The notes beneath the pieces were generated by a model. The model saw only the letters and a list, made by a program, of their open reading frames with translations, was not told the DNA's origin and did not search any database. Both the position numbers and the translations under genes were made by a program. DNA of 64,000 bases from assembly GCA_964016885.1 (NCBI GenBank), contig OZ024743.1, positions 292,268,001-292,332,000 on the forward strand, given 5' to 3'. Positions 26,706 through 38,580 of the stretch are shown piece by piece. Origin of the DNA: Eledone cirrhosa (lineage: Eukaryota). Within the stretch, counting starts at the first letter, position 1, and every line of letters starts with the position of its first letter.

Positions 26706-27477
26706 GTGTGCGTGTGTGTGCTTGTGTGAGTATTGTATGTATATAGTGCAGTGTTGAAATTAATTTAATTTACATATGTATTTGACCGACATGTTTTATT
26801 AATTCAAAATATTACAGAAATGGAATAGAAAACTCAAAATGTTGTCATACATCGTTAATGATCCAGTATTTCTGGCAATATACTGCCTTCAAAAAGAGCT
26901 AAACAACTATTACAATATATATATAAAACAATAGATGTAGCTCAACATAATTCACTAATACCATTTTAATCTCACGCAATACGGTTTTTTCCTTTTATGT
27001 CAAAACGAAATTTCATGAAAGAAAAGAAAATCGAGGCCACAAGTATAAAATTGAAATTCATTTTATTTTACCATGATGAAAACTTTTCTCCATGTATCGA
27101 ATAATGAAAAATGATTGCTTCTCTGCCAAAAATAGAAAAGTTAGTTTACATTTCACTGGTCGTTTTGAAAGTAACACAATTTCAAGTCTATTTTTTCTGC
27201 CCCGTTGATTACCTTCACTAATCAGATCATACCCCGCAACACACCAAGAGACAAACGCACAACAGACAAACAACTTTGTTCAAAGTCGGATGGTTCCGTA
27301 AGAAAAAAAATTAAACAAATAAGTGAAAGATGGCGATGTTATATTTTTAGTTGTTTGTTTACCAATGTTCAGAAAATATAAATGTGAAAAACAAAAAGAG
27401 ATTAAAAAAAAGATGTCGCCAGAAGCTTGTGTGACAGCGTTTCTTTGATGCAATTTGTATTTTTCGAGAAAGATATT

Positions 27478-28045
<568 letters not shown>

Positions 28046-28351
28046 TAGTTAGATAGATTGATAGGTAGTTAGATAGATAGATAAATTATATCTAGTTTAT
28101 ACAAGAAATTGGAAATTGACAAAACTAATAATGATCTTGTCCAATTCACTTTACCTTTACTCACTTCGAAGGCCAAACGGTATTTTAAAATGTTCCAAGC
28201 TTGGCAGACGATATCTAACTAGATTCGTTAGACGAGATCTCTTTAAGTTTAAATCTAATTTTGAAGAAACCTTATAAAATACGGAAGTTTTTATCAGAAT
28301 GTTTTATTTGATTTTGTGGCTGTAAGAAGAAAATGTCTATCATGTTCAGAC

Positions 28352-28430
<79 letters not shown>
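28352..28430. repeat. (TAA)n microsatellite at the left edge of array 2
   Basis: Seen directly. Confidence 0.95.
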
Positions 28431-28431
<1 letters not shown>

Positions 28432-31400
28432 TTTTCTTTATTAACCACAAGGGTTTACATAAAGTAGACATTAAGGCCAGTACAGGACAATACAGGACGG
28501 TACAAATGGGCATTTCTGCGTGTAAAAAAACAGAGGATGTAATAAAATAACAAAGAAAGATTCCCCAATAGGGGGGAGATTTCCGAGGGACATTTGTGGA
28601 GAAAGCCTATTAAAAGACCACAGTGACCCTGACCACCAGGGCAAGTGCCCTCTCCCAGTTTTCCACCTTTAATTTACAGACACATCCTCAGAGTAGGACC
28701 ATTCACTCGGGCCATTCTTGCCTCTCTCACCCATCTTTCAACAAAATGCTGGGAAGTGAGCACTTTCCTCTCTACCCTGATTTTCTTTTTCAAATGAAAT
28801 TTGAAAAAGTTAATCAGAGCATCACCGAAGAGGTAAGTGCTCGTCTTTAACCCTTTCAAACGTGTCCACCATACTATCTCTTTCGCCATGGCCACCAGTC
28901 AGATAAAAACTGCCTGCCCTTCCCGGCTAAAGGAAGAGGGCGAGGCAATCCTCACGATGGACTCAGCTGATAGCTGGATCCGCCCTTCACGCGACAGCAG
29001 GCGTTCGACATAAACCCACAAGTCAGCAATGCTCGGACACTGGACGAGTGCGTGCAGGACGGTTTCGTCGCCCTGCACGCATCTCGGACATGCCCGGCTG
29101 ACGGCACCACCATGCCTGTAGAGTTTATCTCGAACTGGCAAAGCTCCTCGGTAGCACTGCCAGGCCAGGGATTTCTGGAAGTTTTCCATAGGCCCCGGCC
29201 CGAAAGATCTTCCGAAGAGATTGGCTAGTTGATTTTCGTCGGCGCCTTGAATTTCTCCAAATACGTCGACGCTCTTCCCCTCCACTAATCCTCTATAGAA
29301 CGCCAAGGTGTAGTTTCCACCGATAACATTGCCCAATTGGTCGAGAGCTGTGAGCGCCTGAAGACATGCCAATCTCCAAGCGCTCCCTCACGGTCTTCGC
29401 TAGACCCAGGACTGCAGCTCCCTCAAGGAGACGAGCTGGGGTAAGACAGGTCTAGCAAACAGCGACCACACCTGATCACCGTCGAGGAAGAGGTGGAGAT
29501 GTCGTAGCCTGAGCGCGTGTCTGCGCATCATCAGCCATAACATGCCCAGCCCTCCACGTAGCGGGTGCTGACAGCAGATGGACAGCCTGACCATCGGAGC
29601 GCGTCCCTTCCACAAAAGGCGAAAGAGCAAACGTTCCAGCGAGTCAGGTGGGGCTTAGGACAGTATACAATAGTCAGGCGGTAGTAGATGATGGACGCGA
29701 TATACGGGTTAGCCAGTTCCGCTCGACCTTTCAGGGATAGCTTCCTCTCCGCACATTTCTGGGTGAGAAGCCACCCTGCTCGTCACCTCGTCCCAGCTTT
29801 TGTCCGTCTGGAGGTCCGGACCGAACCAGACCCCTAGCAATATAACCGGTCCGTCCGTCCAGTGCCTGACGACGCTGTTGGACGGCATGGACCTGCCTCT
29901 CCAGATGCCAAGCTGCAGGCCCACTGACTTTTCCTGGTTGATCATTGCTCCTGTCACCGCTTCGTATTCTCGCCGATCGCCTCGATATGTTTGGCGTTCG
30001 ACACCACTACGGTGACATCGTCCGCATAGGCTGACCCGGTCTTCCGCGTCCTAGTTCGCGTGGGATCCCCCTCAACATCTCCAGTTTGTGCAGTAATGGT
30101 TCGAGAGTCAATACGTACAAGAGGGACGAGAAGGGACATCCTTGGCGGACCGAGTGCATGATGTTGAACGGTTCCGAAAGGTGACCGTTCACTCTCACCA
30201 CAGTGCAGATGTCGCTGTGCACGGCAGCGATCCAGCCTCTGAAGACGGGCCCAAAGCCAGCCGCTGTTAGGACTGCCGCTAGGTAACGATGGTCGACCCT
30301 ATCGAAATCTTTCGACTGATCTAAATTGATCAAGGACAACCCGTGCCAGGTTCCCTAGCTACCCTCTCTACGATGTATCGCATGAGGTGGAGGTTGTCGT
30401 GGATGGATCTGTCGTGAATGGCGCATGTCTGCTCCTCTCCCACCAGACCACCAACGACAAGCCCCACCTCTTGCCTAGCACCTTGGCCAAAATCTTGAAC
30501 TCTGTGTTTAGCAAAGTTATGGGCCTGAAATTATCTATGTTATCCGACCTTGTACGGATCCTTTCTCAACAGCGCCACCGGACCTCGGTTCACAGAGCTG
30601 GGAATTCTCCCGTTCTGTTGCCAGTTGCTGTAGACGTCCGCCAAGAGGCCTACGAACAAGTCTGGCATCTGTACGTAAAGTTCATAGGGCAAACGATCCA
30701 AACCAGGCGATTTACCCCTTGTGCAGCCAGTCATTGCATCCCGTACTTCAGCGGCTGTTATCGTCTTTTCGCAACACTCTGCCTCAGTGGCCGAGAGCCG
30801 CGGCAGTCCGTCGAGGTAGACACTAATGTCCATCCCACGATCCGGCCCGCCGCTGCCCCCGAAAAGCTGAGCGAAGTGTCCCTGAAAAGCTTCACAGATT
30901 TGCCCGGGATCGAGTAGCATGCGCCCTTCGAGGTCCACCAAAGACCGGATCGTGCATTTGTTGCCACGACGCGCCTCCGCCACTCAGGCCCATTGAACGG
31001 CTTTCGTCCCCTCGTGTCTGAGAGCTCGAACCCTAGCTCTGCCAACGTAGTCTTCGTGCTTTGCATTGAAGAATTGGTCAAGGGCCAATTTCGCCGCAAG
31101 TACGTCGGTCGCAATGCCTTTGCTAAGCGCCTCGTCTAATGTTCTAACTAGTTCTCCCTTTGCTCTATTTTTCTCTATTGCTAAAGCCTTACTAAGCCTA
31201 ATGGACTCTATTCTAATCGCTATTTTCAGTGCAAACCACCACCTGTTGTTGACGATGGCCCCCGTCAACGCCCGCTTAACTAGTTCGCTAATCCGGTCCC
31301 TGTAGACCTTGCGCGCTGGTAAGGCGCGTTTACCTTCCAGTAGCCGAATCCTCGTGTATGAAGCCTATCTAAGTCAAGAACAAAAATCACGAATTTGTGG

Positions 31401-33577
31401 TCCGTGTAGCTGACTATCTTGAATTGTGGACAGCCTATACTAGACCTATCTATTTCCCTACAAAATACTCTATCTAGATATAATCTGGATGACCCGATGC
31501 GGTTTATCCGAATCCACATTGGCACATTCGGGAAATCCACTCAGTACCTGTCAGACAGTTCAAAACGCCTGAGCAAGTTGGTGAGGCTCTTGCACCCTCC
31601 TCCCCTCTCCGCTAATCCCACACAGTCCCAGCGTGCATCTAGGATCCCTTTCCAGTCGCCCACTAACACTAAAGTGAGGGATGTTCCAAGAAAGGTCTCC
31701 AGACGCCGGAAGAAATCAAGCCGCCCTGCCCCTGTCGGGGCATAGAGGGCCACTAGCCTGAAAGCTTACCCGTCTCCGCTGGTCACGTCCAGCCCCACCA
31801 ACTTACCTTCTGGGTCCAGGACGATGGCCCGTATGGCGAGATCCAAACCTCTCCGAAAAAGCACAGCAACTCCTCCCCCCGATCCAGGACGGCTGGGAGA
31901 TGCGTTCACATCGTAGCCGCCGAAGATCGGTGCGAAGGCCCGTGCTTCGGAGATTCTGGTCTCGCTGATGGCCACTACATCTATGTTTAGTGACCTGAGG
32001 TCTCTTGAGCAGGTGGCCCTGCTTCCATGACAACCCCAAGCCACGCGCATTTATGCTTCCTATTCTGAGTGAGGTCATGTTGAAATGGAGTGGAAAAAGA
32101 TGGGAAAGACCACTTACCTTACTTCTCGTAGAGGAAGGATGGTTTCTCCATCCTTTTCACTGCTTGTGGGTAAGAGAGGTGGCCTCAACTTTTTAGCCTG
32201 AGGGCAGAAACCCCTTATGTGGGTTCCTTCACCACAAACGACGGTTACGGTGAGGTGGCTGCCGTCAGTGAGGTCTATTACCTCTGGGATCTCCTCAATG
32301 CTTTTTTTGGTCCGCTTGGATCAGGAGCTCCATCCCAGATCCGGACCAGTTCTCCTGCTTTTCTTTTGCTATTTCTATTATTTTGGTGTTGGACTAGATG
32401 CCGGCGAGGACGGCAGCCATTAGCCAGAGAATTTCGATGGCTGGTGGAACGAGGGTCACCCTGATCTTTACGAGTCTCTGGCCACAATAGCTTGGGACGA
32501 GTGTGAAGTCGTGGCTTCTTAATGGGTCCATAGAGTGCTATCTGGCCTCCTGTGGTATTCCAAAGAACACGTCCACGGTTCCATATTTCTGGCCATGTTT
32601 GATGTGGTGTTTTTTTGCCCACACATGTCCCAAAGCTTTTTGGATTTGGGACTCTAATGCCTGTTCCACTCGGCGCGATTTTATGTTAATCGTCCGATAA
32701 GACACGGTGCATAGGCGCCGATGCTCCATTTTATTAGGTGTGGGGGGTGAGGCTGACCCTGTACCCATCTATCTTTACCATTGTTTTGGCTTCATCTAAT
32801 TCCTCCTGACTTACCTGGATTTTTTCCCAATTTTTGACTACTTTGGCAAACGACACGGTGTTGTTATTCTCATTGTTGTTGTTGCTGTTTTTGTTATTGT
32901 TATTTCTGTTATTGTTATTTTTAGTTTCACTGTCAGTGGTGTTCGGTGTGGAAGAGTCGATTCCGGGTGAATCGATTTCGATGTCACGAGATCATTTTTT
33001 TTTTGTTTCTGTTGTCGCTGTGGTGGTGGTGGGGGTGGCGGTTTCAACACCTGCAGTCAGTGGACGTGTTCTTTGGACCACCACAGGAAGCCAGAGAGCA
33101 CTCTATGGCCATATGAAGAAGCGACGACTTCACACTCGTCCCAAGCTATTGTAGCCAGAGACTCGTAAAGATCAAGGTGACCCTCGTTCCATCGGCCATC
33201 GAAATTCCCTGGCTAATGGCGGGAAATAAATGTCTTCATGAGACAAATTTAAATTATTGCTACTGCTTATAATTTTAGTGTTGGCAAACGTAGTAATATT
33301 TACAATGGTGCTGTTGGTGTGAGGTGTTAGTTTGTGAGGAAGGACTGACACTGAGTCCTCCATGATTTTTCAAAGAAAAATTTTTGTTTTATAATTATAA
33401 AAGTTTAAATTTTGGGCTCAAGGCCCCAATCTTTTTGGGTGTCCTTTTCAGATAATAATGTATGTGCACTTATATACAGTTAATAATAAAAAATTTCCAT
33501 AAATGGCAATTTTAAACAACTGAAAATAACAAGACTTTGCGGAGCTCACGATGATACGATTTATTACGTAGGTCGCC
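28431..33577 (-). mobile_element. Tx1-like T1, degenerate copy with both ends, an ~0.8-kb ORF1 deletion and an internal inverted duplication (T1b)
   Basis: Same 5' start (GGCGA) and 3' end as T1a. Many frameshifted ORF pieces. Confidence 0.9.
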
Positions 33578-33612
33578 AATAATAATAATAATAATGATAA
33601 TAATAATAATAA

Positions 33613-33674
<62 letters not shown>
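33578..33674. repeat. (TAA)n microsatellite
   Basis: Seen directly. Confidence 0.95.
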
Positions 33675-33675
<1 letters not shown>

Positions 33676-33704
33676 GGGAAGAATAATAATAAGAATAAGG
33701 GAAG

Positions 33705-34600
33705 AAGACGCACGAGGTGACGGAGGTCATGAAATCGCTCCCGTAAGTTTTGAATTTTTAACATATTTAAATCATTTGTGAAATAACAACTCTTAGTACA
33801 AATGCTACGTAAAGCACCCGGCTTGAGCCCCAAAAAAATTCGGACCCAAAATATATTGTTATAAGGCTCAAATATTCAAATATTCAACTTTGTATTGTAC
33901 ACTGTATATCCAAAAAAAAATGGCTATAAATGGAAGAAGAAGAACCCCCCCCCCCTCCTCTCCTCTGGCTACACTATATAGGACAGCTAAACTCACCAAC
34001 ACCAGAAACTAGATACACCACCCACCCCATCATCTGTGTACACTGAACACAACAGCATTTTCACCTTCACCGCCACCGCTCACTACGGCCATCATTACCA
34101 CCACTATCCCATCACCGCCGCAACCACCCCTTGACTCCTTCACTGCTGCTGCCACCGCTACAGCACCATCACTACAGTAATACGGCTCAAATATTCAAAT
34201 ATTCAACTTTGTATTGTACACTGTATATCCAAAAAAAAATAAAATGGCTATAAATGGAAGAAGAAGAACCCCCCCCCCTCCTCTCCTCTGGCTACACTAT
34301 ATAGGACAGCGAAACTCACCAACACCAGAAACTAGATACACCACCCACCCCATCATCTGTGTACACTAAACACAACAGCATTTTCACCTTCACCGCCACC
34401 GCTCACTACGGCCATCATTACCACCACTATCCCATCACCGCCGCCACCACCCCCTGACTCCTTCACTGCTGCTGCCACCGCTACAGCACCATCACTACAG
34501 TAATACGGTCGCATCACCGCCACCACTGCCTCGGTATCGACATCACCACCACCACTGTCTCAGTATCGCCAACGACGCCAGTCTCTGCTGGCTACCACTT
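33705..34600 (+). repeat. Unclassified repeat X with an internal ~320-bp tandem duplication, upstream of B4
   Basis: 33865-34185 is repeated at 34184-34508. Homologous to the X copies at 1.8-2.7 kb and 8.3-8.9 kb. Confidence 0.75.
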
Positions 34601-34849
34601 CCACATTATAGAATTCCTAATACTAACAAAGAGGAAGGCATCAAAATATATAGATAGACTCAAAAGAAAAAAGAAAAAACAAACAACAAAAGCAGCACAG
34701 CAACAACAGTAAAAAACGAGAAAAACAGAGAAAAACAAAAACAAAAAAAGAAACCCCAAAAACGTAAAGAAAATAAGAATGAAGAGAGAAGCAGGCGGAC
34801 GGACAGAGAAGAGGGGGGAAAAAGTAAAACTTAAAAAACAAAAACTAAG

Positions 34850-37800
34850 TCAGACATTCGAATACTACATTACAATGAAACTTATGCTTATTCATTTTTG
34901 GGGCCCTTTCTGCCCGTGTGTTTGTTTGTTTATGTGTGTCCGTATACAGCGTGGTGATAATGCCACACAAGGGCCAAGTGGGATGGCGGATCCACAGATG
35001 GCTATGTAAACATACATTCGCCAATCCTCGATAAGAGTGTTTAAATATCGAACATAAACAGTTCGAATAACGGTGAAATGGAGACTAGAACGTCATGTGA
35101 CAGACTCTCACCCAACAGGTGCCCCCTGGCTCAGCAGCAGGAACCTGACTGTCAACCAAATACTGCTGATGTTGGAGGAAGAAGAAGAAGGAAAGGGGCC
35201 AGAACCAACTGGACGAAAGAATTGAATAGAACTGTTATGCAATGCTACCTGAAAAGTAACCCCAAGGAGAGGGGCTACAGGAGACGGATGCATAACATCT
35301 GGAACGAGATTGGTTTATTTAAATTAGATGAACAAAAATTGGCCGGGCAGGCTCGGGTAATAAGAACTAATGGGTGGATAAGCGAGCTGGAACTGGAGGA
35401 ACTGAGCAGAGAGAATGGCTTGGAGTTGGCGGGTGTAGTATGCCAGACAAGCGAGCCGGCGGGAAATGAAGGTGAGGAGGTCCTGAGAACGGAGGAACCA
35501 CCCGAAGCAGACAATGATCTGAATACTGAGATAAATAATACCTGGAACAGAGAAACGGCCACTGAGGAGATGAATGCTGACGGGCTAGGACAAGATTCGG
35601 TTGACATCCTAAATTTAGTGGTAGATGAGTTGAACAATGATAGTGGGAGACCTATGAACCTAAGATTTGTAGACAGGAAAAAGTTAAAAGAAACAACAGC
35701 TAAGGTAAACAAAGTCATCCCATACCTTGAGGCGAGGAGTCTTCACCAGTGCAACAATATCCTCAAAGCAACAGCAAATACGGTGAGGAAACTACTTGGT
35801 ATAAAAGCGAGAGGAAACAACAGACAAGAAAGAGCAGAGCCGTGGTGGAAGAAGCGACTGAGTGGGCAAATCGGGGAAATGAGAAATGACATAGGAAAGC
35901 TTGAGTCACTACTGAATGGGACACTAAAAAACATAGGCACTAAAAATAGACTGGAAATAAAATACAAAACTAGGAGTAAAAAGCTAAATATTATCATAGA
36001 GGAATTGAAGCAACGCATTGTAGCAAAGAGTGCCAAAATCAGGCGATACGAGAACAGAGTCAGTCAGTATAAACAGAACCGCATGTTCGACAACAACCAG
36101 AAGATGCTGTTTGGACAGCTTGAGGGGAAAGAAAGAGGCAACGACTTGATCCCTGGGGCGGAACAAGCTAAAACATTCTGGAGAGGAATATGGGAGCAGG
36201 ATGTTAGACACAATGCCCAGGCAGGGTGGATTGAGACAGTACAGAGGGAGATCGGTGAGCAGGCACAGCAACAGACTGATTTGAGTATCACAGTTGAAAC
36301 TCTTAAGGGGCAAGCCAAAAAACTAACCAACTGGAAATCACCAGGCCCAGATGGTGTGCAGGGGTATTGGATTAAACATTTAACATCCCTCCACCCGAAG
36401 CTGACGGCCATGTTCAATGACTGCTTGGTGTCGGGTGAGGTGCCAGAGTGGTTGACAAAAGGTACCACAGTTCTGATAATGAAAGACCGAATCAAGGGTA
36501 ATGATGTTACCAACTATAGACCTATCACATGTCTGCCCGTAATGTGGAAACTCTTGACGAGCATTGTGTCTGAGGAAATCTACCATCACCTCCACACAAA
36601 CAACTTGTTGCCGGACGAACAGAAAGGATGCCGAAAGAAGTCACGTGGTACAAAGGACCAGTTGCTTATTGATAAGATGGTAATGGGGAATTGCAGGAGG
36701 AGACACACTGATCTTGCCATGGGATGGATAGACTACAGAAAGGCATTTGACATGGTGCCTCATTTCTGGATCACCAAAAGCCTGGAGATCTTCAGGGTGG
36801 CAGATAACATCAGACAGTTGCTGGGCAGGAGTATGGGGTCCTGGGAGACAGAGTTGACATCAACTGGAGTATCCTTGGGAAGCGTGAAGATCAAGAGAGG
36901 TATCTTCCAGGGAGATAGCCTGTCCCCTCTGTTGTTTGTCCTTGCCCTGATGCCCTTGACCATTATGCTGCGAAAAGTGAGAGCAGGATACAAGTTGGGA
37001 AGGGGAGAGCTTACCATCAATCACCTCCTCTTCATGGACGATCTTAAGCTCTTCGGGAAAAGTGAGAAGGAGTTGGATGTGCTTGTTGACACTGTCCGTA
37101 TTTTCAGCAGTGATATATGTATGCAGTTTGGTATTGGTAAATGTGGAGTCATTGTGATGAGGAGGGGTAGGTTGAGCAGAAGTAACGGGATCCAGATACC
37201 AACAGGTGAGATGATAAAGGAAATTGACTCTGAGGAAGGATACAAGTATTTGGGCGTTCTGGAGGCTGATGGCATAAAGAACAAAAAAATGAAGGAATTG
37301 TTAAGAACTGAATACATTCGGAGAGTAAGGAGCGTATTGAAGTCACATCTGAACAGCAGAAATGCCATAAGCGCAGTAAATTCCCGAGCTGTGTCTATTA
37401 TTAGGTACAGTGCGGGAATTCTGAGATGGAATGTTGCTGAACAAAAAGAAATGGATAGGAAGACTAGGAAGCTATTGACTATCTACAACATGTTCCACAA
37501 GAGGAGTGATGTCGATAGACTCTACCTAAGGAGATCTGAGGGTGGAAGAGGTCTTATCAGCATAGAGGACTGTGTTCAGATGGAGAAAAACAACCTATAC
37601 AAATACGTGACCTATAGTAAGGAGCCAATGCTCAGAGCTGTACTGAAGGAGGGGACAGTAGGCCAGGGGATACCAAAGGAGGAAATAACATCAAGGAGGG
37701 AGAGCAGCCTTAAGGGAAAATCCCTTCATAGTACCTTCTTTGAGAAAACTGAATTTAGAGATCCACAGACATGGAACTGGTTGAGAAGAGGAGACCTCAA

Positions 37801-38544
37801 AAAGGCTACAGAGGGAATGCTAATGGCTGCGCAGGAGCAGGCCCTCAAAACTAAGTGGTTGAAGCACCATATCTACAAGGAGGAGGCTAGCCCACTGTGC
37901 AGGATCTGTGGAGAGAGAGAGGAGACTGTGGCTCACATTGTGTCCGAGTGTAAACACCTAGCCCAGACCCACTATAAGGGCTGGAGACACGATGTGATGG
38001 GCAGGGTGATCCACTGGCACCTGTGCAAAGTAAACAATCTACCACATTCTGAGAAATGGTATGAGCATAGTCCAGAGGCGGTGATGGAGAACAGTCAGGT
38101 GAAGGTACTGTGGGATTTTAGGATACAGACGGACAAAAAACTGGAACACAATAGACCTGACCTGGTGGTTGTGGACAAAGAAAAAAGATCGTGCCTGATT
38201 GTGGATGTGGCCTGCCCGTTCGACACGAGAGTGCAAGAGAAGGAGAGGGAGAAAATTAACCGATACCAGGACCTAAAGTGGGAGGTGAAAAGGATTTGGA
38301 ACTGCCATGAAGTCAAAGTGATCCCGATTGTCATAGGCGCACTGGAGACTATCTCCAAAGGTTTCCAGGGATGGTTAAAGAAAATCGGCCCCTTCACGCT
38401 TTTCGGAACGCTTCAAAAGGCATGCTTGCTTGGAACGGCAAGAACCCTCCGATACGTCCTGAATATCTGAGGCTGCAGGTAGTGGCTTGATATTCAATCC
38501 AACGGACTTTCCAGTTAACCAACATCAATGACTGAGATTCAAGG
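34850..38544 (+). mobile_element. R4/Dong-like family B, intact copy (B4); 5' boundary uncertain
   Basis: Single uninterrupted ORF, short 3' UTR and TAA tail. Confidence 0.9.
35078..38470 (+). CDS. R4/Dong-clade polyprotein: N-terminal domain, reverse transcriptase, CCHC zinc knuckle and restriction-like endonuclease (1130 aa)
   Basis: RTNWTKELNRTVMQCY N-terminal motif; KSPGPDG, NYRPITCL, GIFQGDSLSPLLF, FMDDLKL; CRIC..HIVSEC; RPDLVV..IVDVACP. Confidence 0.93.
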   Translation: METRTSCDRLSPNRCPLAQQQEPDCQPNTADVGGRRRRKGARTNWTKELNRTVMQCYLKSNPKERGYRRRMHNIWNEIGLFKLDEQKLAGQARVIRTNGWISELELEELSRENGLELAGVVCQTSEPAGNEGEEVLRTEEPPEADNDLNTEINNTWNRETATEEMNADGLGQDSVDILNLVVDELNNDSGRPMNLRFVDRKKLKETTAKVNKVIPYLEARSLHQCNNILKATANTVRKLLGIKARGNNRQERAEPWWKKRLSGQIGEMRNDIGKLESLLNGTLKNIGTKNRLEIKYKTRSKKLNIIIEELKQRIVAKSAKIRRYENRVSQYKQNRMFDNNQKMLFGQLEGKERGNDLIPGAEQAKTFWRGIWEQDVRHNAQAGWIETVQREIGEQAQQQTDLSITVETLKGQAKKLTNWKSPGPDGVQGYWIKHLTSLHPKLTAMFNDCLVSGEVPEWLTKGTTVLIMKDRIKGNDVTNYRPITCLPVMWKLLTSIVSEEIYHHLHTNNLLPDEQKGCRKKSRGTKDQLLIDKMVMGNCRRRHTDLAMGWIDYRKAFDMVPHFWITKSLEIFRVADNIRQLLGRSMGSWETELTSTGVSLGSVKIKRGIFQGDSLSPLLFVLALMPLTIMLRKVRAGYKLGRGELTINHLLFMDDLKLFGKSEKELDVLVDTVRIFSSDICMQFGIGKCGVIVMRRGRLSRSNGIQIPTGEMIKEIDSEEGYKYLGVLEADGIKNKKMKELLRTEYIRRVRSVLKSHLNSRNAISAVNSRAVSIIRYSAGILRWNVAEQKEMDRKTRKLLTIYNMFHKRSDVDRLYLRRSEGGRGLISIEDCVQMEKNNLYKYVTYSKEPMLRAVLKEGTVGQGIPKEEITSRRESSLKGKSLHSTFFEKTEFRDPQTWNWLRRGDLKKATEGMLMAAQEQALKTKWLKHHIYKEEASPLCRICGEREETVAHIVSECKHLAQTHYKGWRHDVMGRVIHWHLCKVNNLPHSEKWYEHSPEAVMENSQVKVLWDFRIQTDKKLEHNRPDLVVVDKEKRSCLIVDVACPFDTRVQEKEREKINRYQDLKWEVKRIWNCHEVKVIPIVIGALETISKGFQGWLKKIGPFTLFGTLQKACLLGTARTLRYVLNI

Positions 38545-38580
38545 AATAACAACAATAATAATAATAATAATAATAATAAT

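Noticed and set aside
28335-28356. gttcagacta vs gttcaaacta (about 52852) as a TSD of the whole second array
   Set aside because: The match is short and imperfect, and it is not flush with the T1e junction.
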